NCBI GenBank assembly: GCA_964016885.1
Contig: OZ024759.1
Span: 34,782,001 to 34,846,000 of the forward strand
DNA length: 64,000 bases
Source of the DNA: Eledone cirrhosa
Taxonomy: Eukaryota
Direction of reading: 5' to 3'
The stretch's first letter is position 1; every line of letters begins with the position of its first letter. This document shows, piece by piece, positions 28,239 to 42,039 of the stretch. The notes beneath the pieces are model-generated. The model searched no databases, was not told the origin of the DNA, and saw nothing but the letters and a program-made list of their open reading frames with translations. Both the position numbers and the translations under genes were made by a program.

Positions 28239-29495
28239 ATATATATGTATGTATATATATATATATATATATATGTGTGTGATATATATGTCTGTATGTA
28301 AAAGGTAAACAGAAATAACAACACAATCGGTACAGTATATGGAAGGTATATATTAGGTTAACACTTGATATGTGTGTGTGTATTTTCATTTTTTGTTGTT
28401 GTTGACGTATTTTTCTCCTTTGTTGTTGTTGTTGTTGTTGTAAATCTATTCTATATTTCAACCGTACAAAAAACCTGTCAAATTTTCTGACCACATTAAA
28501 AACTATATATCAATTATTTCTCCATATCTATCATTAATATTATATCAATTTTAATAATTTTTGACGTAAACACTATCTCACCATCATGTGTTGTTTTCTT
28601 TGTTGTTGTCGATGTTACTGTTGTTGTTGTAACTACTGCTGCAGTTGTTGTTTTTACTGTTATTGTTGTAGTTGTTGTTATTTTGGAGTCTTTTGATACT
28701 TCTTTCTGAACAAGGGTCCATTGTATAGGTTTGTTTTATTTTTTTGTTTTTTTTTTTGTTTTTAATTTATTCTCCTCACACGCAAATTAAGTTAAATAAA
28801 CTAAACTAAACAATATTATTAATTATATACAAAAAAAATATATTTTTAAAAAATTAATTAAAATAATAATTGAAATTCTTTCCATTTTGTTTTTCTTCTT
28901 TATGGTTATTGTGTGAAGACATTATTTTGTCTTGAGAGAAGACATGTGACTTGAAATTACACGTGATCACATGAGAGTTGAAATTACACATAGTAAACTC
29001 TAATGAATTCTCAACTAAAACATGAGATGTGACAAATATTAACTCATTTATTTATTTACTTATTTATTTATTTGTTTTGTTTGTTTGTTTATCTATTTAT
29101 TTATTTATTTGCTACATAACTTATAGAATATAAGTTCTGGTATTGTATCAGGCTGGAGTTTAAACTTATTATCCAAGTCTCCTGGGCCTTAAATGAATGG
29201 AAGCACACGACTAATCTCTTTGGACAGGAAGAGTTGGCTAGTCAGTCACTGATGCTGATGTGGATGATGATGATACTCAATGTGAAAAGAAGTGCCTTGC
29301 TCAAGGACACAGCACACCACATTGTCCAGGAATCTCACCAGTAGTCCACCTGTGGTCTCTATGATGAGAGATGTGGCCACCAGCCCATCTATGTTTACCC
29401 TTCTTGATGGTCTGGTCTTGATTATGTCCTTCACGCCAGTCACCTGTCGAATCTAGGGTCTGCTCCTCCTGTCACATTAGGTAAAATAACCAAGT

Positions 29496-29670
29496 GGCAA
29501 CCTGCTGCAGTCTGCAACTAATCCAGGCTCTGCTGCACTTCGAGCCAAGGAGGGTAAACTCTCCAAATATCGGTCATTCTCCAACGGGTTTCCAGTCAAG
29601 CCCATAGCAGTGGAGACTTCTGGTGTCCTTGGCGCCAGGGCCACCTCCCTACTCACCACCTTTGGCACCC
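29496..29670 (+). mobile_element. Restriction-like-endonuclease (CRE-like) non-LTR retrotransposon fragment
   Basis: PGSAALRAKEGKLSKYRSFSNGFPVKPIAVETSGVLGARATSLL fits the AA..AE..K..KY...P.AVET.G.LG pattern of RLE C-termini. Confidence 0.65.
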
Positions 29671-30067
29671 TGTAGCTGTGGAAACTTTGTATGTCCTTTA
29701 CCCTAGGGCCACCTCCCTACTCACCACCATTGGCACCCTGTAGCAGTGGAGACTTCTGGTGTCCTTGGCCCTAGGACCCCCTTCCTGCTCACCACCATCG
29801 GCACCCCGTAGCAGTGGAGACTTCTGGTGTCCTTGGCCCTAGGACCCCCTTCCTGCTCACCACCATTGGCACCCCATAGCAGTGGAGACTTCTGGTGTCC
29901 TTGGCCCTAGGACCCCCTTCCTGCTCACCACCATCGGCACCCCATAGCAGTGGAGACTTCTGGTGTCCTTGGCCCTAGGACCCCCTTCCTGCTCACCACC
30001 ATCGGCACCCCATAGCAGTGGAGACTTCTGGTGTCCTTTACCCCGGGGCCACCACCCTACTCACCAA
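29601..30067 (+). repeat. 68-bp minisatellite x7
   Basis: GCAGTGGAGACTTCTGGTGTCC recurs at 29811, 29879, 29947, 30015. Confidence 0.93.
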
Positions 30068-30113
30068 TAAGCTTTTAAAGTGTTTTATTCATTTATATTT
30101 TTTATATTTACAG

Positions 30114-30568
30114 GTACCAGTGTCTCGAAGGTTCATGCTAATGATGTAGATATAAGCAGCCCCAATAACGAAGTCATCTACCGGATAGACAGTGGCGCAT
30201 TCGACAAGTTTCGAATGGACGCCAGCAGTGGAACTATTACCGTCGAGAAAGGAGCCATTTTAGACCGGGAAATGATGGCGAAATATGTACTGAACGTATC
30301 GGCCATTGATCGTGGAACGCCTTCCAATCATGGCAGATGTCAGGTGATCGTCTATATCGGCGATAAAAACGACGAAGCACCATACTTTGACAAGAACGAG
30401 ATTTATTTGACTGTGACGGAGACTCAGCCAAGAGGAAGTGTCATTCATACGGTCACTGCGCATGATGACGATCTGGACAGCGATCTGGAATATTCCACTC
30501 TTTCCGACAACATGCAAGCTTATATTGGTCCGGCACCAGTCAGTGCAAAAACAATGGAAAACATCAAA
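30114..30568 (+). CDS. Cadherin exon F
   Basis: acag|GTSVSKVHANDVD...LDREMMAKY...DKNDEAPYF...APVSAKTMENIK|gtaata, phase 1-0. Confidence 0.93.
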
Positions 30569-30585
30569 GTAATAGTCTCACTCTT

Positions 30586-30638
<53 letters not shown>

Positions 30639-30753
30639 GTATGTGTCTGTGTGGGTGTATGTATGTGTGTGTATGTGTGTGTGGGTGTATGTGTGTATGT
30701 ATGTAGGCACCAGTCAGTGCAAAAACAATGGAAAACATCAAGGTAATAGTCTT

Positions 30754-30824
<71 letters not shown>

Positions 30825-31013
30825 GTGTGTGGGTGTATGTATGTACGTATGTGTATGTATGTGTGTGTGTATGTGTGTGGGTGTATGTATGTAGGCACCA
30901 GTCAGTGCGAAAGCAATGGAAAACATCAAGGTAATAGTCTCACTCTTTCTCTCTCTCTATATATATATATATATATGTATGTATATGTATGTATGTGTGT
31001 GGGTGTATGTATG

Positions 31014-31044
<31 letters not shown>

Positions 31045-31385
31045 GTGTATGTATGTATGTATAGGTCCCAGGTTCAATTGGGAGTAACCACAGTAAGTAA
31101 AAGGTACTCAATACATTAGTAGTGTACACAACAAATTTAATATAGAAATGGCTGCTACAGGACTAGAACTGTTTCATTCAGAGGATGATTTCCTTTGAAT
31201 GAAACAGCTCTAATCCTGTAGAAGCCATTTCTATATTAAATGTTATATATATATATATATATATATATATAACGAAGGAAATGTGGTAAGGAACCAGGTG
31301 GACCATGACGCACCAAAGTACTCAATACTTGGGGTAGTAGAGTGGGTAATAGGAACCAGTAAGACCCCAAGGGGTCTTACTGGTT

Positions 31386-31426
<41 letters not shown>

Positions 31427-31560
31427 ATAATACAGCAATTCTTTCCTTAAACTTTAATCTGTTCTTATATATATATTTGTGTGTATGTGTACAACAAGCC
31501 CATTTCTAAATAAGTAATGTTATGTACTTAAGTGTTACCTGAAAGTTATATATATATACA

Positions 31561-31591
<31 letters not shown>

Positions 31592-32098
31592 TAGTTATTA
31601 TAAAATGTGTTTCAGCTTCTAGGTTTTGACATATTGTAAAATCTGTTGCTAGCAGCTTCCAAGATGGCTGACAACCTTCTTTATTGCTTCAATGGAAAAT
31701 CCAAGATAAAGAGTGACCGACCACCCAACAGACTGACCGACTGTTGTTATATTTTACAACTATTCCTGAGATTGGATTGTTGGATTTTCTAGGGATTTCT
31801 GATAGCTTCAAAATACATCACAGTTAAGATTCAATAACCAAGGGAGATAAAGACAATTTTGTGCCATTTTTCTGATAGCTAACAATTATTTTCTCATTGT
31901 TGTGATATTCTAGCGAAATCCCACGTTGGTGATCGCTCTGTTAATATTTTAGCATCGTTGATATCGTTATGCTGTTGCATAAATGGCTTTACTGAAAGTA
32001 ATTACTGCACAAGCTATTTAGGTATTGCACCTGATAAAATTACAGGGAAAATACCGCCCAAATGTCAGTAGAAACAAATGTCCCGTTCTGTCTAGATA

Positions 32099-32139
<41 letters not shown>

Positions 32140-32171
32140 CCGTATCTAGTTGAAAGACAAATACAAAACAC

Positions 32172-33341
32172 AGATAGACTCAGATCAAAGTTATTTACCA
32201 GATATATATCAGACACAGGCTCAGATCAGTTATTTACCAGACATGTACAAGACACAGGCTCAGATCAGTTATTTACCAGACATGTACAAGACACAGGCTC
32301 AGATCAGTTATTTACCAGACATATATCAGACACAGGCTCAGATCAGTTATTTACCAGACATGTACAAGACACAGGCTCAGATCAGTTATTTACCAGACAT
32401 GTACTAGACACAGGCTCAGATCAGTTGTTTACCAGACATGTACAAGACACAGGCTCAGATCAGTTATTTACCAGACATGTACTAGACACAGGCTCAGATC
32501 AGTTATTTACCAGACATGTACAAGACACAGGCTCAGATCAGTTATTTACCAGACATGTACTAGACACAGGCTCAGATCAGTTATTTACCAGACATGTACA
32601 AGACACAGGCTCAGATCAGTTATTTACCAGACATGTACTAGACACAGGCTCAGATCAGTTATTTACCAGACATGTACAAGACACAGGCTCAGATCAGTTA
32701 TTTACCAGACATGTACTAGACACAGGCTCAGATCAGTTATTTACCAGACATGTACAAGACACAGGCTCAGATCAGTTATTTACCAGACATGTACAAGACA
32801 CAGGCTCAGATCAGTTATTTACCAGACATGTACTAGACACAGGCTCAGATCAGTTATTTACCAGACATGTACTAGACACAGGCTCAGATCAGTTATTTAC
32901 CAGACATATATCAGACACAGGCTCAGATCAGTTATTTACCAGACATGTACAAGACACAGGCTCAGATCAGTTATTTACCAGACATGTACTAGACACAGGC
33001 TCAGATCAGTTGTTTACCAGACATGTACAAGACACAGGCTCAGATCAGTTATTTACCAGACATGTACTAGACACAGGCTCAGATCAGTTATTTACCAGAC
33101 ATGTACTAGACACAGGCTCAGATCAGTTATTTACCAGACATGTACAAGACACAGGCTCAGATCAGTTATTTACCAGACATGTACTAGACACAGGCTCAGA
33201 TCAGTTATTTACCAGACATGTACAAGACACAGGCTCAGATCAGTTATTTACCAGACATGTACTAGACACAGGCTCAGATCAGTTATTTACCAGACATGTA
33301 CTAGACACAGGCTCAGATCAGTTATTTACCAGACATGTACA
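32172..33341 (+). repeat. 39-bp minisatellite, about 30 copies
   Basis: GACACAGGCTCAGATCAGTTATTTACCAGACATGTAC(A/T)A. Confidence 0.97.
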
Positions 33342-33388
33342 ACTCCTTGACTCACATATTTACTGGTAATGGTTCATTTTCTTTGTAG

Positions 33389-33539
33389 AAATATTTTGAA
33401 ATTCATCGCAAAAATGGTTCTGTGTATATCCGCACACAGCCTGATCGAGAGGAGGCAGAGAAGGTCATACTTCCTATTATGGTTAAAGACTTGAGGGCTG
33501 TACAGAAGAAGGGGTCGCCGAATAAACAGACAGCTGTCG
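33389..33539 (+). CDS. Cadherin exon G
   Basis: gtag|KYFEIHRKNGSVYIRTQPDREEAEKVILPIMVKDLRAVQKKGSPNKQTAV|gtacgt, phase 0-1. Confidence 0.9.
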
Positions 33540-33651
33540 GTACGTAATGAACTCTTTCTCTTTCGCCCTCTCCCTTTCACTCTTTCACTCTCTCTCTCTC
33601 TGCATTTATACAATACTATTCATACCTTTCACATTTACTCTCATCATCATC

Positions 33652-33728
<77 letters not shown>

Positions 33729-33843
33729 ATCATCATCATCATTGTTTAACGTCCATCTTCCACGCTTGCATGGGTTTGGACGGGAGTTTTCCCACTTGAG
33801 GCAAGATTTGTTGTCCTGCTCGTATAGGACTGTCTGGCGGGTT

Positions 33844-33880
<37 letters not shown>

Positions 33881-33918
33881 ATATATATATATATATATAT
33901 TTTATATATATATATATA

Positions 33919-33994
<76 letters not shown>

Positions 33995-34145
33995 CACACA
34001 TATTCTGTCATTACAACAGCAGGGGCCCGATGAGCTTTTGATTCCAGAGTCGGGCCAGATCGACACAGATCAAACCTTGAGCTGATCAATAGTGAAACAT
34101 GTGTCACCAACCAATAAACATAATGAAGGCTTAACCATTCATCCT

Positions 34146-34409
34146 TGTCTGAGTTCAAATCCCGCCGAGGTTAACTTTGCCTTTCATCCTTACGGGGTCG
34201 ATAAAATAAAGTACCAGTAATGTACGGGGTAATTGCTGGCCTTGTGCCAAAAGTAGAAATAATTATTATATATATATATATATATATATAATTGTTTCTA
34301 CTTTTGGCACAAGGCCAGCAATTATGCCAGTGTATTACTGGTACTTTATTTTATCGACCCCGCAAGGATGAAAGGCAAAGTTGACCTCGGCGGGATTTGA
34401 ACTCAGACA
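34146..34409. mobile_element. Tail-to-tail inverted SINE pair around (TA)n
   Basis: 34146-34264 is a near-perfect reverse complement of 34290-34409. Confidence 0.9.
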
Positions 34410-34462
34410 TATATATATAATGTATGTATATTTACATAGCCACCATTTTCTATCTATTCCAG

Positions 34463-34678
34463 TCACATTAAAGATCACCATATTAGATGCCAACGATAAT
34501 CCACCCGACTTTGAGCCTAGTAATATTTACTATGCTAATGTGTCCGAGGCCCTTCCTATAGATTCTGAGGTGCTAACTGTGAAGGCCACAGATCGTGACA
34601 CAAACCAACACATATGGTTCAGACTATCGAACGACCCAATGGATTCTTTTAAAATCAAATCATCCGAATCACATACAG
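34463..34678 (+). CDS. Cadherin exon H
   Basis: ccag|TLKITILDANDNPPDFEPSNIYYANVSEALPIDSEVLTVKATDRD...SESHT|gtaagt, phase 1-1. Confidence 0.95.
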
Positions 34679-35273
34679 GTAAGTTTTGTTGTTGTTTAGA
34701 TTGTTTCTTTGTTTTAGAAATTATTTCATTTTTGTTTTGTTTTTAGCTATTGATTCTCCTTTTTTTCAGTGTATAACTTAGTAATATCTAACTAGTATAT
34801 ACTACTAATATCTAACTATTATATATCTTACTAATATCTAACTAGTATATACTACTAATATCTAACTATTGTATATCTTACTAATATATAACTATAGTAT
34901 ATACTAATATGTAACTATAGTATATCTTACTAGTGGATTTGGTGCTTTTTGCCTTGACACCAACACAACCACTTTACAGAGAGGACTGGGTGCCTTTTGT
35001 TATGTCACCACCATGACCACTTTACAGTGACGACTGGGTGCTTTTTGTCATGTCACCACCATGACCACTTTACAGTGACGACTGGGTGCTTTTTGTCATG
35101 TCACCAACACGACCATTTTACAGTGAGAACTGGGTGCCTTTTGTTGTGTCACCAACACAACCACTTTACAGAGTGGACTGTGTGCTTTTTACCATGTCAC
35201 CATCCTTGCTCTTCTCCTCTCTTTTATTGTTTCATGAATTCTAACTACTTCTTTATAACTTGACCAATTGCAG

Positions 35274-35590
35274 GTATAATCCGATTAAAAAGACCATTGG
35301 ACAGAGAACAGTTCGCCAATTTATCACTGACTGTTCTGGCTATTGATGAAAGAGGGGTTGGTTCACTAACCTCAACAGCTTCAATTTATATTCGGGTCAA
35401 AGATGTAAATGATAATTCACCTCGTTTTACGACACAGCAGTATGTATATTCTGTTCGAGAAAATTCACCCCTGAACACGCGGATTGCCCAAATTCGAGCT
35501 GTTGATGCTGATGAAGGTGCATATGGTAGAGTATATTACTCATTAGAAACAACCGACCAAGATTTGCCATTTAAGATTAACGAAGACACC
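35274..35590 (+). CDS. Cadherin exon I
   Basis: gcag|IIRLKRPLDREQFANLSL...DVNDNSPRF...AVDADEGAYGRVYYSL...INEDT|gtaagt, phase 1-0. Confidence 0.95.
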
Positions 35591-36053
35591 GTAAGTCACT
35601 GTTATTATACTTCATTTTTATATATATTATTATTTTTCTTCTTAACCCTTTAGCATTTAAACTGGTTATATTCGGCCAGAATTCTTTCACCTCTTTCTCT
35701 TCAAACTGGCTGTAACCAGCCAGAATTCTCTCACCTCTTTCTCTTCAAACCAGCTGAAACCAGCCAGAATTCTCTCACCTCTTTCTGTTTAACCCTTTAG
35801 CATTTACATTAATCTATATATACTATTGTATGTTTGCTGTAAAGGCTTTATCTTACATAATTATCTCACATAATATCAAATCAATGAGATTTTGATGTTA
35901 TTTATTTTGAGAACAATACCTTATCATCAGTATAAGTGACCAGTTATGGCCAGTTTGAACAGAAAGAGGTGAGAGAATTTTGGCTGAATATGTGTGGTTT
36001 AAATGTTAGTCTGACTTGTTACAATTACATCATTATTTTTTTTTTTTTTTCAG

Positions 36054-36572
36054 GGGGAGATAACTGTTTCCGGTAGCATCGACAGAGAGGATCGTGCTAC
36101 ATTTTCGATGGGTATTATCGCCAAAGATAACAAACAAAACCCTAACAAACAACGTTCAAGTCACGAGAGAATAACAGTGAACGTGATCGATGTAAACGAT
36201 AACGTACCAATATTTACACAAACTGGTCATCCATTAGTTCAGCTACAGGAAGTAGAACCTGTGGGCTCAGAAGTGTACACAGTGAAAGCTACAGATGCTG
36301 ACGAGGGTATAAACGGCAAAGTGATTTACTCGCTGGAAACGAACCACGCCGATAGAGGTTTGTTTCGGATTAACAGTATGAAAGGAAAAATGAAAATTAA
36401 CCGAAGTCTCAAAGATAAAATAGGTATGCATAATATCACAGTTATTGCAATGGATTCCGGAATACCGCGTCAGAGTACAAAGATGAAAGTTTACTTTGAA
36501 GTTCTAGATGTTAATTTACACAACCCTAAATTTGTTTACCCCGTTGAAGGAGTTAAACTGTTGATACCCGAG
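36054..36572 (+). CDS. Cadherin exon J
   Basis: tcag|GEITVSGSIDREDRATF...DVNDNVPIF...ATDADEGINGKV...DVNLHNPKFVYPVEGVKLLIPE|gtaaag, phase 0-0. Confidence 0.95.
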
Positions 36573-37961
36573 GTAAAGTACTTCTTTCTTTCCTTCTTTT
36601 CTTTTCTTCTTTTCTTTTCTTCTTTTCTTTTCTTCTTTTTTTCTTCTTTTCTTTTCTTCTTTTTTTTCTTCTTTTCTTTCGGGATTTTATATCTTTTCTA
36701 TCAACTGTTAATTATAATTTTTTTAATAATTTTAAAATATTTTTTTTATATTTTTTCAATAATTTTAAAATATTTTTTTTATATTTTTTTAGTTTTTAAT
36801 ATTTTTTAATATCTTTTTAATATTTTTTAAATATTCTTTTAATATTCTTTTAATATTTTAAAATTATTTTTTTTATATTTTTTAATATTTTTTTTATTTT
36901 TTGATATTTTTTTGATATTTTTTTAATATTTTTCTTTTTAATCTAACAGGAAATATTTCCCATTTCGCTGAAAATTAATTTTTCCAGTTTGACAGTTTTT
37001 CTATTGATTATTAGCTATCCATTGAGAGCGGGTTCGTATCGTAAAGGAATTGGTTTAGAATAGATTGCCTTCATTGTCAACCTTTAACCTCATAATTTAA
37101 CACAGTTATATTCAACAGATGAAAACATATTTAGAGTTGTTGTAGTGAAGAAATACCAATGCTACATCAAGTTGGGGTTGGGTGTGCTCAGCAATCGAGT
37201 ATTCACAATTTTAATTTTCATATTCAACTTTCATATAACTTGAGTCTTGTATAAGTTAGATCTTATCTCGTTGCTAATATTTTCAAAGGTTGTATCTTTT
37301 AAAAATTCCTAAGTCTAACGGGTATGTATTGCAAAAGTTCACAATTTAACCCTTTAGTTACCAATTCGGCTAAAACCAGCTCTGGTTCTATGAAATAAAA
37401 TCACCTATTTTAAAGGTTTCCAATTTAAATTAAAATCTTCCAGCATAATTTTATATAAGAACCTTACATTAAGTTACTATCTTAGTAATGAAATAATTAA
37501 TAATTTTAGTAAATCCCTCAAAATTCTTCATTAATTAATTGAAATAGAGTGTATTTCATTAAAAATGTGGTCATGAAAGGGTTAATTTTCATTGTAAATA
37601 TATTCAACTTTCATGTAACTTTAGTCTTGTGAAAGTTAGATCTTGTCTCATTGCTAATATTTTCAATGGTCGTATCTTTTAAAAATGTCTAAATAATCTC
37701 CTGAGTATGTATTGCGAGAGTCTAGGTTTTTTAGTTTCTTTCACTGAAAGTGTCGTATTTAAATGACTTTTAGTTTGGAAGAAACTAAGCAACTGAAAGT
37801 TTTGCAACGTTTTAAAATAATTGGAAACTTAGACAATATGGCATTATGGCTGTACGGTGTTTCAGTTTACTAGCGGGGATATATAATTCTCTAAGAATAT
37901 TCAGCGTAAGATAATATTGGTTTAAATTTAGGTAAAGCTGATTAAATGGGACACCAGCCCT

Positions 37962-38167
37962 TAACCCTTTACCATTTACATTACTCTATATTTACTTTTA
38001 TATTTTCATGGTAAACATAATATCGAATCTATGAGATTTTGATATTATTTATTTTGAAAACAATACCTTAACATAAGTATGAGTGGCCAGTTACCGCCAG
38101 TTTGAACAGAAAGAAGTGAGAGAATTCTGGCTGGCCTGATATGGCCGGTTAAAATGCTAAAGGATTA
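37962..38167. mobile_element. TTAA-flanked piggyBac-like MITE (relatives at 35642-36005, 37346-37585, 59779-60010)
   Basis: TTAA-CCCTTT...AAAGG(A/G)-TTAA ends, shared internal sequence. Confidence 0.55.
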
Positions 38168-38642
38168 AGGATGAAATGTAAAGCTTACCTCGGTGGGATT
38201 TGAACTCAGAACATAAAGGGCCGTACACTATATGCCACAAAGCATAAACTTGTCCAATGCTCTACTGATTCTGCCAATTCACTGCCAGTACATAATATTG
38301 ATACATAAAAGGCGATAATTATGTTAAACACCACACAGTAAATATGAAAACAATTTCATTTTTGGTAAAAAAAAATTTTTTTAAATGAAAAGTCTTTAAC
38401 TTAGTTTTCCTTCGGTTTCATAATTATTGAAACTTATCTTTTACCAATTAATGGACTGAAAATTTTGAGATTCTTTCTACATATTGCGGCTAACTTTTTA
38501 TGTGGGAACTTGGTAGAACTTTCCGAACATTTCAAGAAATTCTCATTCTCACACTTTGCAATTGAAACATTTCAAAACTGCTTCTAATTATATATATATA
38601 TATTTCCAAAGCCGAAATACGATTCTCGCTAATTTATACTTG

Positions 38643-38673
<31 letters not shown>

Positions 38674-38700
38674 ATATATATACATACATATTTATTATAT

Positions 38701-38732
<32 letters not shown>

Positions 38733-39072
38733 ATATTGTATATAATATAATATATATATATATGTATATATATTATATAATATATAATATATTGTATATA
38801 ATATATATATATATATTATATAATATATTGTATATAATATAATATATATATATTATATTATATATATATTATATATTGTATATAATATATTTATGCATAT
38901 ATACATTATATAATATATAATATATTGTATATAATATAATATATATATATTATATTATATATATATTATATATTGTATATAATATATTATATAATATATA
39001 TATATATATATATTATATAATATGAATATATTTTCTATATATATATATATATATAAAACACATATATAGAGA

Positions 39073-39140
<68 letters not shown>

Positions 39141-39349
39141 TGGTGGTGGTGTTGAGCTACCATATATCGTCAGTCCTCTAATCAAATAGTTTACACTGAT
39201 CACAAGTCTGCCTTGCTATATTTTTATTGATATTATTATTAATAATAATAATAATAATAATAATAGTTTTTTTGTTATGTTTTCCTGAAATATAGGCTAA
39301 TTGGAAAATATGTTGTCCATGCCGTTTCTTTGGTTGATAGATGTAAATG

Positions 39350-40760
39350 TCTGTCTGTGTTAGTGTATGTGTGTCTGTGTTAGTGTATGTCTGTCTGTGT
39401 TAGTGTATGTGTGTCTGTGTTAGTGTATGTCTGTCTGTGTTAGTGTATGTGTGTCTGTGTTAGTGTATGTCTGTCTGTGTTAGTGTATGTGTGTCTGTGT
39501 TAGTGTATGTGTGTCTGTTAGTGTATGTCTGTCTGTGTTAGTGTATGTGTGTCTGTGTTAGTGTATGTGTGTCTGTGTTAGTGTATGTGTGTCTGTGTTA
39601 GTGTATGTGTGTCTGTGTTAGTGTATGTCTGTCTGTGTTAGTGTATGTGTGTCTGTGTTAGTGTATGTGTGTCTGTGTTAGTGTATGTCTGTCTGTGTTA
39701 GTCTATGTGTGTCTGTGTTAGTGTATGTGTGTCTGTGTTAGTGTATGTCTGTCTGTGTTAATGTATGTGTGTCTGTGTTAGTGTATATGTGTCTGTGTTA
39801 GTGTATGTCTGTATGTGTTAATGTATGTGTGTGTATATGTAAATGCCTGTGTCTGCGTGTCTGTGTTAGTGTATGTGTGTGTATATGTAAATGTCTGAGT
39901 CTGTGTTAGTGTATGTGTGTGTATATCTAAATATGTCAGTCTGTGTCTGTGTTAAGTGTGTGTTTGTCGTGTTAGTGTGTGTATCTGTGAGTGTGTTTGT
40001 CATGTGTGTGTTAGTGTGTGTCTGTTGTGTGTGTGTTAGGGTGTGTCTGTTGTGTATCTGTGAGTGTGTTTGTCATGTGTCTGTTAGTGTATGTCAGTGT
40101 GTGTATGTCAGTTTATGTCTGTGTGTGTATGTGTGAGTGTATGTCAGTGTGTATGTCAGTGTATGTTGGTGTGTATCAGTGTGTATGTGTCAGTGTATGT
40201 CAGTGTGTATGTCAGTGTATGTTGGTGTGTATCAGTGTGTATGTGTCAGTGTATGTTGGTGTATGTCAGTGTGTGTATGTCAATGTATGTATGTCAGTGT
40301 GTATGTCAGTGTATGTCAGTGTGTGTATGTCAGTGTGTGTATGTCAGTATGTGTATGTCGGTGTGTGTATGTCAGTATGTGTATGTGTATGTCAGTATGT
40401 GTATGTCAGTGTGTATATGTCAGTGTGTGTATGTCAGTATGTGTATGTCAGTGTGTGTGTCAGTGTGTATGTCGGTGTGTGTATGTCAGTATGTGTATGT
40501 CAGTGTGTGTATGTCGGTGTGTATATGTCAGTATGTGTATGTCAGTGTGTATATGTCAGTGTGTGTGTCGGTGTGTGTATGTCAGTATGTGTATGTCAGT
40601 GTGTGTGTCGGTGTGTGTATGTCAGTATGTGTATGTCAGTATGTGTATGTCAGTGTGTATATGTCAGTGTGTGTGTCGGTGTGTGTATGTCAGTATGTGT
40701 ATGTCAGTGTGTGTATGTCAGTATGTGTATGTCAGTGTGTGTATGTCGGTGTGTGTATAT
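39350..40760 (+). repeat. GT-rich 20-bp and 14-bp minisatellites
   Basis: GTCTGTGTTAGTGTATGTGT then GTATGTCAGTGTGT. Confidence 0.9.
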
Positions 40761-41245
40761 GTCTACATGCTGGATATTTTCAGGTTCACTTTAACGTGAT
40801 CAATAAAACAACATGGTGTCCTATAATGAAGAGAAAAAAAATATATCCGTTGTCCAACATGGCGTCTGTTTTATTGACACACAACACACCACATGAGTCT
40901 CTTTTAAGGTGGAATAATTCCCAACTGAGGAAAACAAAGTCTTATTTTACTAATGAGAAGTAACTGTCTTTGAATTGCTGAGGAATTTGTCATTTCTTGT
41001 CGGTGGTGGAGGATGGAAAAAGTAATTTTAAAAGACTTTATATTATGTTTGAAACCAAACCTGGCTTGATTCACAATCTACCATCTTTACACATGACTCA
41101 ATATCTGGAAGCAAGGTGAAAATATCAACTACTACTAACAGATCTGCCAATTTCTAGAAACACAAACAGGGAGTACCAAGAAAAATGAAAAAAAAAAGTG
41201 CCCAAAACTGGGAGAAATGAGGAAAAAAATGGAGAGATTTTACCT

Positions 41246-41429
41246 AATTGTTTCTATTTTTGGCACAAGGCCAGCAATTACCCAGTACATTACTGGTACT
41301 TTATTTTATCGACCCCGTAAGGATGAAAGGCAAAGTTAACCTCGGCGGTATTTGAACTCAGACCATAAAGGGAGGTAACTCTATGCTTTAAAGCATGGTG
41401 TCCGACTCTCTACTACCAATCCACCGCCC
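41246..41429 (-). mobile_element. Same SINE family
   Basis: Reverse complement of the 50487 element. Confidence 0.85.
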
Positions 41430-42039
41430 TTTTACATAATGAAAGCTATACTCCTTTTTACAAGTGAAGACATCTCTCACCCACCTTAAAGTGGGTAGAT
41501 CTCCTCCCCCAGGTCTGTTATATTATTTTTGATAACAAGCTCTCCTATTTCGATGTCATCTCTAGAGCCCCTCCCCCTCCCCTCCCCCCTCCTCCCCCAT
41601 TCTTATGTGGCCCTAGAGCCCATCCCCCCTCCCCTCTGCCCCTCCCATTCTTCTGTGGCCCTAGAGCTCATTTCCCTCTGCCCCTCCCCTAGTTCTGTGA
41701 CCCTAGAGCCCATCCCCCTCTGCCCCTCCCCTACTTCTGTGACCCTAGAGCCCATCCTCCTCCCCTCTCCCCCTCCCCTTCTGTGACCCTAGAGCCCATC
41801 CTCTCCCCTTCTTCTGTGACCCTAGAGCCCCTCCCCCTATCCCCTCCTCTACTTATGTGACCCTAGAGCCCATCCCCCTCTCCCCCTCCCCTTCTTCTGT
41901 GACCCTAGAGCCCTTGAATTTCCCTTCCTTTACCATTTTCAATAACCACAAAGAGACCCATGTATTTTTTACAATATATAAATATACTGGAAACTAACCC
42001 AGTGCCTTTCTTTCTTTATCTTCTTTGTTTGTTGTTTAG

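Noticed and set aside
32062-33369. 435-aa repeat-protein ORF or CRISPR-like array
   Set aside because: Intronic 39-bp minisatellite; no unique spacers, and the ORF start runs through (TA)n
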